Source: an uncultured Litoreibacter sp. (GTDB taxonomy: Bacteria; Pseudomonadota; Alphaproteobacteria; Rhodobacterales; Rhodobacteraceae). Taken from it: DNA of 64,000 nt. The position numbers and the translations under genes are program-made. The stretch's first letter is position 1; the number at the start of each line of letters is the position of its first letter. Below are positions 36,467-45,816 of the stretch, piece after piece. The notes under the pieces were generated by a model. It did no database searches. It saw only the letters and a list, made by a program, of their open reading frames with translations, and was not told the origin of the DNA. The stretch is taken from NCBI RefSeq assembly GCF_947487515.1, contig NZ_CANKWO010000003.1, positions 139,103 to 203,102 of the forward strand, in the 5' to 3' direction.

Positions 36467-37408
36467 TCGCGGTGCCGCGGCACGGGTAAGGCGGTCATTG
36501 ATCGCGAGGCCCAAGCCGGTCATCGGAATTGGGGCGACGGTGAATTGACCTGCCCCATTGGCCCCTTTGGCCAGTTTGTCCATCTGACGCAACATGGCGA
36601 ACAAATTGGCGGCGGCTTCATGCAGATCGCCTGAGGGCGACAGGTTCAGTTGGCCGCCGACGTCACCGAACCCCAGCATCAAATCCCCCTCCAATTGGTT
36701 CAACACCACCTGCGCGTCCGGCGCATAGTGAGAGGTCAACTGACCCGGGGCGGCTGGTATGTCGGGATTTAGGTCTTGCATCAATGAGCAACCCAAGGCG
36801 GCCTCCAAGGCTTCGGCCGGCAAGCCGCCGTGTCTCAGCAGCCGCAACGGGTTTGTGGAAATGATGGTGCTTTCCACGCCAACGTCGCAAGGGCCACCGT
36901 CCAGCACAGCATCAATGCGTCCCGACAACCCGTCCAAAACATGGGCCGCGGTGGTGGGGCTGATCTGGCCGGAGGGGTTTGCAGAAGGTGCTGCAACAGG
37001 GCAATCGGCCAAGGTCAGTAGCTTGCGGGCCAAGGGTTGCGCGGGCATGCGGATGGCCACCGTCTCTAGGCCGGCGGTCACCAAGGACGACAGCCCGTGA
37101 TCGGGCTTCAATGGCAAAACCAACGACATAGGGCCAGGCCAGAAGGCTTGCGCCAAGGCGCGGGCATTGTCGTCGAAACGGGCCAAAGCTTCTGCCTGCG
37201 CAAGGCTGGCGACATGCACGATCAGCGGGTTGAAACTGGGGCGGGTTTTGGCCGCGTAAATCGCCGCGACAGCGTCACCATCCTTGGCGTTCGCCCCCAA
37301 GCCGTAGACGGTTTCTGTGGGGAAGGCGACAAGTCGCCCCGATTGCAACATCATGGCAGCCTTGGCTAAATCGGCCGGACCAAGTAATTGGGTCGATAAT
37401 TCGGTCAT
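36458..37408 (-). CDS. tsaC: L-threonylcarbamoyladenylate synthase (Sua5/YwlC type)
   Basis: AFPTETVYGLGANA, SANPSG and a C-terminal Sua5 domain. The track ORF to 37735 has no support upstream, so I trimmed to ATG 37408. Confidence 0.9.
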   Translation of the reverse strand: MTELSTQLLGPADLAKAAMMLQSGRLVAFPTETVYGLGANAKDGDAVAAIYAAKTRPSFNPLIVHVASLAQAEALARFDDNARALAQAFWPGPMSLVLPLKPDHGLSSLVTAGLETVAIRMPAQPLARKLLTLADCPVAAPSANPSGQISPTTAAHVLDGLSGRIDAVLDGGPCDVGVESTIISTNPLRLLRHGGLPAEALEAALGCSLMQDLNPDIPAAPGQLTSHYAPDAQVVLNQLEGDLMLGFGDVGGQLNLSPSGDLHEAAANLFAMLRQMDKLAKGANGAGQFTVAPIPMTGLGLAINDRLTRAAAPRSG

Positions 37409-37549
37409 GCGGTAAGACCCATGTCTGACGTTGCGTTCTGCTTGATGCCGCTCCCTTGTGAGGGGTATCAAGCGGCACGAGTGATGGACCCTACTATCTG
37501 ATCCTGCGGCTGCTTGCCAAGCCGCGAGATACCCTAACGAGGACAGAAC

Positions 37550-39256
37550 ATGCCATATCGCGCCCCCGCCGCTGACTACAAATTTTTGCTCGATCATATC
37601 GTTGGCTACGACGACGTGGTTGCGACAGAACGCTTCGGTGAAGCAACTGCGGACATGGTTTCGGCGATCCTTGACGAAGCCGCCAAGATGTCGAACGAGG
37701 TTTTGGGCCCGCTCAATCGCAGCGGCGATCTGCACCCCGCGTCGCTGGAGAATGGAGTGGTCCGCACCTCGCCAGGCTTTGCGGAGGGATATAAAGCCAT
37801 CGCAGAAGGCGGTTGGATCGGCATGGCAGCCAGCCCTGAATACGGCGGCATGGGGCTACCGTTTTCGGTGCAAAACGCGGTGAATGAAATGATGGGCGGC
37901 GCCTGCCTGTCGCTGCAACTCAACCCGTTGATGTCGCAGGGCCAGATTGAGGCGCTGGAACATCATGCGTCTGACGCGATCAAGGATGTGTACTTACCCA
38001 AGCTGATATCGGGCGAGTGGTGCGGCACGATGAACCTGACCGAGCCGCAAGCCGGTTCCGACGTCGGCGCATTGAAGTCCAAGGCCGTGAACAATGGTGA
38101 CGGCACCTACGCCATTTCCGGCCAAAAGATTTTCATCAGCTGGGGCGACAACGACTTCAGCGAAAACATCTGCCACTTGGTGTTGGCGCGCCTTCCTGAC
38201 GGGGCCGCGGGGACCAAGGGCATTTCGCTGTTTATGGTGCCCAAACTTATTCCCGACGAATCTGGCAAACCGAGTGTGGCCAATAGTTTGAAAGTCGTCT
38301 CGCTGGAGCACAAGATGGGGCTTCACGGCTCCCCCACCGCAGTGATGCAATACGACGGTGCGACCGGCTGGCTTGTGGGCAAGGAGGGCGGTGGCATGGC
38401 GGCGATGTTCACCATGATGAACAACGCCCGCGTCGGGGTTGGCGGGCAAGGGATTGCTGTCGCTGAAGCCGCCTATCAACACGCCTTGGGATACGCGCAA
38501 GATCGCAAGCAGGGGCGTGCCGCCGTGGGGGACACAATTTTGGGGCACGCGGATGTGCGCCGGATGCTCTCGCAGATGAAGGCAGATGTGTTCACAGCCC
38601 GCGCAATTGCCGCGTCTTGTGCCGCAGCCATTGATATGCAGACGGCCACAGGCGGGGCGGAGTGGTCGGCCCGCGCGGCGTTGCTCACCCCGATCGCCAA
38701 AGCCTTTGGCACCGACACCGGTATCGAGATCGCCGAGCAGGGCATCCAAGTGCATGGCGGGATGGGGTTCATTGAAGAAACCGGCGCTGCGCAATTCCTT
38801 CGCGATGTACGGGTTACGGCGATCTACGAAGGCACGAATGGCATTCAAGCCATGGACCTTGTTGCCCGCAAAATGATGGATGGCGGCGAGGCGGCCTATG
38901 CCTTGATCGACGAAATTGAAAGCTACGCCGAGCGGTGCAGATCTGTGGTACCAGAGCTTGCGGCACCGGTCTTTTCGGCCTCCGAGACATTGCGCGAAAC
39001 CACCGAATGGCTGGTAGAGCAGGAGATGGACGACCGCTTTGCCGGTGCGACGGCCTATTTGCGGCTGTTTGCGCGGGTGCTAGGCGGATATTTCCACCTT
39101 TGCTCGGCGAAGGTTGCAGGGGCCGACAGCGCACGCGGACGCTTGGCCCGCGTCTATGTGAAGCGCTTGTTGCCCGAACATGTCGGATTGGCCGAACAGG
39201 CACGCCAAGGGGCGGCTGATCTCTTTGCGTTGAGTGAAGAGGATCTGATTGCGTGA
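37550..39256 (+). CDS. long acyl-CoA dehydrogenase (about 570 aa, DmdC/FadE-like)
   Basis: MPYRAPAADYKFLL N-terminus, LTEPQAGSD, ISGQKIFIS and a C-terminal extension domain typical of this ACAD subfamily. Confidence 0.9.
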   Translation: MPYRAPAADYKFLLDHIVGYDDVVATERFGEATADMVSAILDEAAKMSNEVLGPLNRSGDLHPASLENGVVRTSPGFAEGYKAIAEGGWIGMAASPEYGGMGLPFSVQNAVNEMMGGACLSLQLNPLMSQGQIEALEHHASDAIKDVYLPKLISGEWCGTMNLTEPQAGSDVGALKSKAVNNGDGTYAISGQKIFISWGDNDFSENICHLVLARLPDGAAGTKGISLFMVPKLIPDESGKPSVANSLKVVSLEHKMGLHGSPTAVMQYDGATGWLVGKEGGGMAAMFTMMNNARVGVGGQGIAVAEAAYQHALGYAQDRKQGRAAVGDTILGHADVRRMLSQMKADVFTARAIAASCAAAIDMQTATGGAEWSARAALLTPIAKAFGTDTGIEIAEQGIQVHGGMGFIEETGAAQFLRDVRVTAIYEGTNGIQAMDLVARKMMDGGEAAYALIDEIESYAERCRSVVPELAAPVFSASETLRETTEWLVEQEMDDRFAGATAYLRLFARVLGGYFHLCSAKVAGADSARGRLARVYVKRLLPEHVGLAEQARQGAADLFALSEEDLIA

Positions 39257-40284
39257 GCGACAAATTGAACTACCCCTTTCCGGACATCCCCGTGGAAGGA
39301 GAGGCCATCGAAGTCGCGACAGGCATATTGTGGATGCGATTGCCGCTGCCGATGAAGCTGGATCACGTCAATGTTTACGCGTTGGATGAAGGCGATAGCT
39401 GGACACTCATAGACACCGGTTTTTTCTCGAAACGTGGCGTGGCGATTTGGGAAGGGCTGATGGCAGGACCGCTGCAGGGGAAGCCCGTGTCGCGGGTGAT
39501 TGTCACGCATCATCACCCTGATCACATTGGCATGGCCGGCTGGTTCCAAACGGAGCACGGCGCGGAGCTAGTAACCACACGCACGGCGTGGCTGATGGCG
39601 CGGATGCTGGTTTTGGATGTGCAGGATCGCCCGAACGCCCAACAGCTGCAGTTCTGGAAGCAGGCGGGAATGGACCCCGAAGTCTTCGCGCAACGGGCCC
39701 AAGAGCGCCCGTTCAACTTTGCCGACTGCGTCGCCCCGATGCCGTTGGGATACCGCCGGATCAAGGAGGGCGACGTCCTGTTCGCTGGCGGACGTGACTG
39801 GACGGTGCGCATCGGCAATGGTCATGCGCCAGAACATGCAACGCTTTGGGCGGATGATGTGGTTTTAGGGGGCGATCAGTTGCTGCCATCCATCAGCCCG
39901 AACCTAGGGGTTTACCCAACCGAACCTGACGCCGATCCGGTGTCCGACTGGCTGGAGGCCTGCGAACGTCTTGCGACGTCTTCCACGCCGGATCAGCTGG
40001 TGTTGCCGGGCCACAAATTGCCGTTTACCGGCCTGCCTTTGCGGATGCGCCAACTGATCGACAACCATCATGGTGCGTTGGAGCGTTTGTTGGAATACCT
40101 CGACACGCCCAAATCGGCGCATGACTGCTTCTTGCCTTTGTTCAAACGCGAAATACGGGGTGGGGAATACGGCTTGGCGCTGGTCGAAAGCGTGGCGCAT
40201 TGTGCTCACTTATATTTGGCTGGACAAACCACGCGTAGTTTGCGTGAAGATGGGGCACATGTGTACCAACGCAAAGAGGCCTGA
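39253..40284 (+). CDS. MBL-fold metallo-hydrolase
   Basis: The VTHHHPDH motif and later His/Asp ligands. The GTG start overlaps the ACAD stop (GTGA). Confidence 0.85.
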   Translation: MSDKLNYPFPDIPVEGEAIEVATGILWMRLPLPMKLDHVNVYALDEGDSWTLIDTGFFSKRGVAIWEGLMAGPLQGKPVSRVIVTHHHPDHIGMAGWFQTEHGAELVTTRTAWLMARMLVLDVQDRPNAQQLQFWKQAGMDPEVFAQRAQERPFNFADCVAPMPLGYRRIKEGDVLFAGGRDWTVRIGNGHAPEHATLWADDVVLGGDQLLPSISPNLGVYPTEPDADPVSDWLEACERLATSSTPDQLVLPGHKLPFTGLPLRMRQLIDNHHGALERLLEYLDTPKSAHDCFLPLFKREIRGGEYGLALVESVAHCAHLYLAGQTTRSLREDGAHVYQRKEA

Positions 40285-40287
40285 GTT

Positions 40288-40746
40288 ATGGACGACAAGA
40301 TAGAAACAACCGCAGAGGCCATCGAGGCCTCGGCATTGCGCCGCGCCGGTGTGGTTCACGTAAATGATTGCGGCCCGACCGCGGAAAACGAACCCCTTCC
40401 AGAGGCCATGGCCAAAAAGCCGATAGAGCAAAAATCCCCGTCAGAATGGGCCTATGAGCGGCTGATTCTCTATATCAAGAACTTCGAGGAAAAACTCGAT
40501 AATGACCACGAGGTTGCCATGGGTTTTGTCGGCGGCGACACAGGGGTTATGCGGATTGAAGGGATTGGCTTTTATGCCCCTGATATCATCACCTTTTACG
40601 GGTCAGACCCGAGCGGCGCCCGCACCCAGCAAATTCAGCACGTCAGCCAATTGAATGTGCAGCTGAAAACCCTGCCCAAGCAGGTCGATCAGCCTGAACC
40701 CAACCGCATCGGCTTCCGGCTGGCCCAAGATCTGGACAAAGCCTGA
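40288..40746 (+). CDS. hypothetical protein (152 aa)
   Basis: ATG lies 3 nt after the MBL stop; coding-like codon usage. No family recognised with confidence. Confidence 0.55.
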   Translation: MDDKIETTAEAIEASALRRAGVVHVNDCGPTAENEPLPEAMAKKPIEQKSPSEWAYERLILYIKNFEEKLDNDHEVAMGFVGGDTGVMRIEGIGFYAPDIITFYGSDPSGARTQQIQHVSQLNVQLKTLPKQVDQPEPNRIGFRLAQDLDKA

Positions 40747-40835
40747 TATTTTGCGCCCCCCCGCGTCCCCCTGACGCGTGACAGCACCAAAAGAATCCGC
40801 TAGATCACCCCAAACGACACATACGGAGAGATACA

Positions 40836-40970
40836 ATGGCAGAGCACAAACACGGCTCCATGGACATCAGCGAACACGAAAAGATGTTCGCGGGTTTTGC
40901 AAAATTCACCACATATGCCGTGATCGGCATCATTGTGTTTCTGGTGCTGTTGGCACTGGTCAACGGTTAA
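40836..40970 (+). CDS. aa3-type cytochrome c oxidase subunit IV (44 aa)
   Basis: Not in the ORF track because it is too short. MAEHKHGSMDISEHEKMFAGFAKFTTYAVIGIIVFLVLLALVNG closely resembles my recollection of Paracoccus subunit IV (HKHGEMDI...FAGF...LAL.N). GGAGAG lies upstream. Confidence 0.75.
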   Translation: MAEHKHGSMDISEHEKMFAGFAKFTTYAVIGIIVFLVLLALVNG

Positions 40971-40982
40971 GCCGACACTGCT

Positions 40983-41576
40983 ATGATGCGGCTGGTGTTG
41001 TCAGTAGTGATGGTCGCATGTCTTGCGGCGTGTAGTGCCGAACCGGTTTGGGCGCCTGACGATCAGGTGCGTTCCAAGGCCTATCGCCACAACGGGCCGG
41101 CCTCGCTGACATTGATCACCGTGATTAGCAACCGATCTGGGGCAGGCGGGCACACCGGCCTGCTGATCAATGGCTCGCAACGGGTTGTTTGGGATCCTGC
41201 CGGTTCGTGGTGGAGCCCGAACGCGCCGGAACGCAACGATCTGCATTACGGGATGACCGACCGTATGGTCGGCGTCTATGTCGATTACCACACCCGCGAA
41301 ACCTACCACACAGTTTTGCAAGAGGTGCAGGTCTCGCCGGAGGTGGCAGAACTGGCCCTGAAAGAGGCCGCGTCTTACGGCGCGGTTTCCAAGGCAGCAT
41401 GTGCGCAATCGACAAGCACGATTCTGAGCCGCCTTCCTGGGTTCGAGAGCATCAACGCGTCGTTTTTCCCTAAGAAGACCATGGCTGCCTTTGGCAAGCT
41501 TCCAGGTGTCAAAACCCGCAAGGTTTATGACGACGATCCGGACGACAATTCGGACAAATTGCCGACCGCCGGCTGA
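40983..41576 (+). CDS. hypothetical lipoprotein
   Basis: Lipobox-like MVACLAAC|S signal, otherwise unknown. Acidic C-terminal tail. Confidence 0.6.
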   Translation: MMRLVLSVVMVACLAACSAEPVWAPDDQVRSKAYRHNGPASLTLITVISNRSGAGGHTGLLINGSQRVVWDPAGSWWSPNAPERNDLHYGMTDRMVGVYVDYHTRETYHTVLQEVQVSPEVAELALKEAASYGAVSKAACAQSTSTILSRLPGFESINASFFPKKTMAAFGKLPGVKTRKVYDDDPDDNSDKLPTAG

Positions 41577-41815
41577 TTTTCCGCGCCGATACCCGACTTT
41601 TTCACGTTTTATGCACGCGCGTTCACGGTAACGAATCGCGTAGGTTAGCCGCACGAACAAAAGTTTGTTCAGCACTGTGTAGCGAGTACATTGGGGGATG
41701 GTTGCCGTAGATCGCAGTATCTACTTTTAGTGAGTTTGAGCGCCGGTTTTGCAATATTGCCGAGCCAGCCCTATTACCCGAAGGCCCAAATCATCCCTGT
41801 TTTTCGGGTCGCCCC

Positions 41816-41846
41816 AAAAAAACCCCCGCGGCTTTCGCTGCGGGGG
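41816..41846 (-). terminator. intrinsic terminator downstream of rpsU
   Basis: Stem CCCCCGC(GGC)/(GCT)GCGGGGG at 41823-41846, followed on the minus strand by a run of 7 T (plus-strand A run 41816-41822). Confidence 0.7.
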
Positions 41847-41874
41847 TAATTTATGTCTGCTTGAAAACCCGGAT

Positions 41875-42081
41875 CTAACCGCCGTTTTCGCGCTGGAGCT
41901 TTTTGCGAGCCAGCTTGCGGGAACGACGAATTGCTTCGGCTTTCTCGCGTGCTTTCTTCTCAGACGGCTTTTCGAAATGTTGCTTGAGCTTCATTTCACG
42001 AAAAACGCCCTCACGCTGAAGTTTCTTCTTCAGTGCGCGGAGAGCCTGATCGACGTTATTGTCGCGAACGCTTACCTGCAT
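41875..42081 (-). CDS. rpsU: 30S ribosomal protein S21
   Basis: [20 protein letters not shown]...; 68 aa, highly basic. Confidence 0.95.
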   Translation of the reverse strand: MQVSVRDNNVDQALRALKKKLQREGVFREMKLKQHFEKPSEKKAREKAEAIRRSRKLARKKLQRENGG

Positions 42082-42192
42082 GTGGTGTCACCACCTTCCT
42101 AGGTTAAATTTTGCAAGATTGCAGGAAGTGGCCATATAGCAAAGCACCTTGAACTTGTCTACCATGAAGGCAGGTTTTGAAAGGACCGCACT

Positions 42193-42876
42193 ATGGAAGA
42201 CGCAAAGACCAAACTTCTTGACGCAAGCCTGCCTCATGTCACCTTCGACGGCTGGTCCCAAGACACCTTTGATGCCGCAATAGAAGACAGTGGCGTTGAT
42301 CGCGCAGCGGCGTTGGCCCTCTACCCGCGCGGCGCGCTGGATTTGGCGGTGGCGTTTCACAAACGCGGTGACGCGCAGATGGTTGCGCGGCTGCAGTCCG
42401 AGAACCTGCTGTCCCTGCGCTTTCGCGACCGAATCGCCGCGGGCGTCCGTTTTCGACTGGAGGCGGCAGGGCTGGATAAAGAAGCGGTGCGTCGCGGAAC
42501 GTCCTTCTTTGCTGTTCCGGTGAATGCCCCAGAGGGTGCAAAGCTTGTTTGGGGCACGGCTGACGCGATTTGGACAGCCTTGGGCGATCAATCTGTGGAT
42601 CACAATTGGTACACCAAACGCGCCACCCTATCAGCTGTTTATGGCGCCACGGTTCTGTTTTGGCTGGGCGACGACAGTGAAAACTATGCCGCAACTTGGG
42701 AGTTTCTGGACCGCCGGATCGACAACGTCATGCAGTTTGAGAAGGTCAAAGCGCAAGTAAATGCGCACCCGTTGGCGTCGAAGCTCATGACGGGGCCGAA
42801 TTGGCTTTTGTCACAGCTTAAAGCCCCCGGTTCGGGGTTCGATTCCGATTTGCCCGGGCATATGAATTCTAAGTAA
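42193..42876 (+). CDS. COQ9-family protein (RpsU-divergently transcribed protein)
   Basis: Divergent from rpsU, as in the alphaproteobacterial family of that name. LLDA....V.FDGWS N-terminus and C-terminal COQ9 region. Confidence 0.8.
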   Translation: MEDAKTKLLDASLPHVTFDGWSQDTFDAAIEDSGVDRAAALALYPRGALDLAVAFHKRGDAQMVARLQSENLLSLRFRDRIAAGVRFRLEAAGLDKEAVRRGTSFFAVPVNAPEGAKLVWGTADAIWTALGDQSVDHNWYTKRATLSAVYGATVLFWLGDDSENYAATWEFLDRRIDNVMQFEKVKAQVNAHPLASKLMTGPNWLLSQLKAPGSGFDSDLPGHMNSK

Positions 42877-42888
42877 GGACCACGATTT

Positions 42889-43875
42889 ATGGCACTCCCT
42901 GAAATGATGCGGGCGGTGGAGATCACCCAAGCCGGCGGACCAGATGTCTTGCAATCCACCCAAGCGCCAGTTCCTGCCCCACGTCACGGCGAAGTATTGA
43001 TCAAGCTGGCATATGCCGGAGTAAACCGCCCCGACGCCTTGCAGCGCGCCGGACTGTATAACCCGCCAAAAGGGGCCTCCCCCCTGCCGGGATTGGAAGG
43101 CGCTGGCACGATTGCGGCCATCGGGGACGGTGTCGTTGGCGTCAACATCGGGGATGAGGTTTGCGCCTTGTTACCAGGCGGCGGCTATGCCGAATATGTG
43201 CGCGCCCCAGCTGCCCATTGTCTTCCGATCCCCAACGGGCTGAACATGGCGCAATCCGCAGCCCTGCCAGAGACATTCTTTACCGTATATTCAAACGTGG
43301 TGATGCGCGGCGCGTTGCAGGCGGGGGAGCGGTTCTTGGTGCATGGCGGGTCATCAGGCATTGGGACAACCGCGATCCAATTGGCCTCTGCATTGGGGGC
43401 ACGGGTGTTTGCCACGGCCGGATCGGCAGAGAAATGCAGCGCCTGTCTGTCACTGGGAGCGGAGCAAGCGGTGAACTACCGAGAGGCAGACTTTGTTGAC
43501 GTTATGAAAGCCGAAGGAGGCGCAGACCTGATCCTTGATATGGTTGGCGGAGACTACCTGCCGCGCAATCTGCGTGCCTTGGCAGATGACGGGCGTTTGG
43601 TTCAGATCGCGTTTTTGCAAGGCCCGAAGGTCGCGGTAAACTTTGCGCAAGTGATGATGCGACGTCTGACGATCACCGGCTCCACGCTGAGACCGCAAAG
43701 TGATTTGGCGAAAGCTGCGATTGCCACGGAGTTGAAGCAGCGCATTTGGCCGCTGATCGAGGCCGGACGCATCGCGCCGGTGATGGACAGTGAGTTTGCA
43801 CTTGAAGACGCGGCGAAAGCGCATGCGCATATGGAAAGCTCGGCGCATATCGGAAAGATCGTCTTGAAAGTTTGA
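42889..43875 (+). CDS. NAD(P)H:quinone oxidoreductase (zeta-crystallin/MDR family)
   Basis: GVNRPD, VHGGSSGIGT and a HIGKIVL C-terminus. Confidence 0.9.
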   Translation: MALPEMMRAVEITQAGGPDVLQSTQAPVPAPRHGEVLIKLAYAGVNRPDALQRAGLYNPPKGASPLPGLEGAGTIAAIGDGVVGVNIGDEVCALLPGGGYAEYVRAPAAHCLPIPNGLNMAQSAALPETFFTVYSNVVMRGALQAGERFLVHGGSSGIGTTAIQLASALGARVFATAGSAEKCSACLSLGAEQAVNYREADFVDVMKAEGGADLILDMVGGDYLPRNLRALADDGRLVQIAFLQGPKVAVNFAQVMMRRLTITGSTLRPQSDLAKAAIATELKQRIWPLIEAGRIAPVMDSEFALEDAAKAHAHMESSAHIGKIVLKV

Positions 43876-43883
43876 GAAAAGTA

Positions 43884-43911
43884 AGCCGGGCCTTGGGGGG
43901 ACCCGGCTTTT
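43884..43911 (+). terminator. intrinsic terminator after the quinone oxidoreductase gene
   Basis: Stem AGCCGGG/CCCGGCT with an 11-nt loop, followed by TTTT. Confidence 0.6.
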
Positions 43912-44172
43912 ACCATTTACCCCTGAAATTATGGGCTACAAACTCGCTACATCTTTTCACACGACGTGCAAAAAGCAGGACAAAAGTGCAGTGCAAAACC
44001 ATGCAGAATGCTCAGATGGTCCTCACAATTAACGAACTACATTTCTTCCCCCCGGAAGTACCGCACAGGTAAGGAATACCATACTTTTTGCGAAACCTTT
44101 AGGGGAGAAGTCGCAAACTGTGCTCACGTTTTCGCGATGCCATCACGTAGAACGCGTGTTTTTATCATGATT

Positions 44173-44805
44173 TCAACGGATTGGATCAAGCAGGGCGTCC
44201 GTCATGGAGCAGTCGTTTTGAGTGTCTTTTCCGCAACGCCTAGGGATTAAACCCTTGGTCAGGCAGATGCGCACCTCCTGAATCCGGCGCTTTTTACAGG
44301 TCACGGTGACCATATCAGGGGACAGATTCGGGTTTGCTTCTAGGAATGCTTCCTCGACGACTTTGGCAGGGAGTTTGACCGGATCCTTCAGCTTGCGCAG
44401 AACGGCGGGGCGCGTCACGGCATTATAGGCCGCGCGGGACGCTTCCAGATAGTCCTTGGCCGACAGCCCAGAGCAGCGCCCATGCTTCTTCCATTGGTGC
44501 CACGCCAAGCCGCCGGACCCCATGATATCCGCCATGGCTTTGGTTTGCCCTCGCGACGCATCACGGTGAGGCGTGCGGCAATAGGAAGGCCAGCCGCGTT
44601 CGTTTTGTGGCCACAACCCGTGCAGCGTCCAGCCAAAGTCATGGCGATCGTCGCATTGATCTGACTTGCGCGCGTCCCCCTCCAATGCACACCAAGTCGG
44701 CGACCAGCTTAGGGCCAGCACGTAATAGTCGAACTCCCCCGCGCGTTCGCCATCGGCCCAAACCGGCGCCCCCCAGAGCAGCAACGCCATCAACAACTTT
44801 CGCAT
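44173..44805 (-). CDS. ribonuclease T2 family (RNase I-like), secreted
   Basis: Signal peptide MRKLLMALLLWGAPVWA. CAS I-like WTLHGLWPQ and CAS II-like WHQWKKHGRC motifs. Confidence 0.85.
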   Translation of the reverse strand: MRKLLMALLLWGAPVWADGERAGEFDYYVLALSWSPTWCALEGDARKSDQCDDRHDFGWTLHGLWPQNERGWPSYCRTPHRDASRGQTKAMADIMGSGGLAWHQWKKHGRCSGLSAKDYLEASRAAYNAVTRPAVLRKLKDPVKLPAKVVEEAFLEANPNLSPDMVTVTCKKRRIQEVRICLTKGLIPRRCGKDTQNDCSMTDALLDPIR

Positions 44806-44946
44806 TTTCTCTTCCCCTGCGGCTATTCCGGCCCTATATAGCGTTCAAGTTCCCCAACATCACGAACTTGTTCCGAAAGGGACAGCCCCTAAGCCGGGTG
44901 ACGGGGAAGATGTGTCCGCAGAGGCGGCAATTATGGAGAAAGCACA

Positions 44947-45699
44947 ATGGCACTACCCATTATGGCGAAAGCCACCGCAGTTTGGTTGGTTGATAACACC
45001 ACGCTGACGTTCATTCAGATCGCTGACTTCTGCGGCTTGCACGAGCTGGAAGTTCAAGGCATCGCGGATGGCGATGTCGCCCAAGGCGTGAAAGGCTTTG
45101 ACCCGATTGCCAACAACCAGCTGACGCAAGAAGAGATCGACAAAGCGGTAAACGATCGCAAGTACCGTTTGCAGTTGAAGTTTAACGCGGCAGCCGAAGG
45201 CGAAGAAGTGCGCCGTGGCCCGCGCTATACCCCGCTGTCCAAGCGCCAAGACCGCCCAGCGTCGATCTTGTGGCTGGTGAAGTTCCACCCTGAGTTGACC
45301 GACGGTCAGGTCTCCAAGCTGGTCGGCACAACCAAACCCACGATCAACGCCATTCGCGAGCGCACTCACTGGAACATTGCCAACATCCAACCGATTGATC
45401 CGGTTGCCTTGGGCTTGTGTAAGCAATCCGAGCTGGACGCCGCCGTGCAAAAAGCCAATGCCAAGCGCCTGAAAGAGGGCACCGCCCTGTCCGACGAAGA
45501 GCGCCGCAAGCTGGTCTCGACCGAGCAGTCACTGGGACTGGCCCCAGAGCCAGAGCTGCCAACTGCGATTTCCGGTCTGGAAGCCTTCACGCTATCGGGT
45601 GACACGGATGAAGAGGAAGAAGATGACAACCTGCTGGTTGACGCCGACAGCCTGTTCAACCTGCCAGATGCACCAAGTGCCGATGGTGACGACGACTAA
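44947..45699 (+). CDS. DUF1013 (TrcR-like) domain protein with acidic tail
   Basis: MAKATAVWLVDNT.LTF.QIA.FCG.H.LE..GIADG pattern as remembered for DUF1013. The C-terminus is D/E-rich. Confidence 0.75.
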   Translation: MALPIMAKATAVWLVDNTTLTFIQIADFCGLHELEVQGIADGDVAQGVKGFDPIANNQLTQEEIDKAVNDRKYRLQLKFNAAAEGEEVRRGPRYTPLSKRQDRPASILWLVKFHPELTDGQVSKLVGTTKPTINAIRERTHWNIANIQPIDPVALGLCKQSELDAAVQKANAKRLKEGTALSDEERRKLVSTEQSLGLAPEPELPTAISGLEAFTLSGDTDEEEEDDNLLVDADSLFNLPDAPSADGDDD

Positions 45700-45724
45700 T
45701 ACGACCACCCAATTCCAAGTTAAG

Positions 45725-45756
45725 CGCCGCTCCTCAAACCGAGGAGCGGCGTTTTT
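45725..45756 (+). terminator. intrinsic terminator after the DUF1013 gene
   Basis: Perfect 11-bp stem CGCCGCTCCTC/GAGGAGCGGCG, loop AAACC, then TTTTT. Confidence 0.85.
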
Positions 45757-45816
45757 CGTTTGACGCCCCTGACCGTCGTACTCAAGATTAACTCTGGTTC
45801 TCGGCAGGAGGTTGGC

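Noticed and set aside
40778-41035. An 85-aa track ORF spanning the spacer before the lipoprotein gene.
   Set aside because: A 44-aa ORF in a different frame (40836-40970) has a convincing cytochrome oxidase subunit IV-like sequence and an RBS. The 85-aa product is Arg/His/Cys-rich with no features.
43872-44250. Track ORFs 43872-44072 (66 aa) and 43966-44250 (94 aa) in the low-GC spacer as candidate small proteins.
   Set aside because: Composition and codon usage are unlike the surrounding genes, I see no RBS and no recognisable motif, and the second runs into the antisense of the RNase T2 gene. The region is kept only as a candidate non-coding element.
44806-44946. GTTCAAGTTC ... GAACTTGTTC words upstream of the DUF1013 gene, considered as an alphaproteobacterial LexA (GTTC-N7-GTTC) or CtrA (TTAA-N7-TTAA) site.
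   Set aside because: The spacing does not fit GTTC-N7-GTTC, no TTAA-N7-TTAA is present, and the two words are not true inverted repeats of each other.
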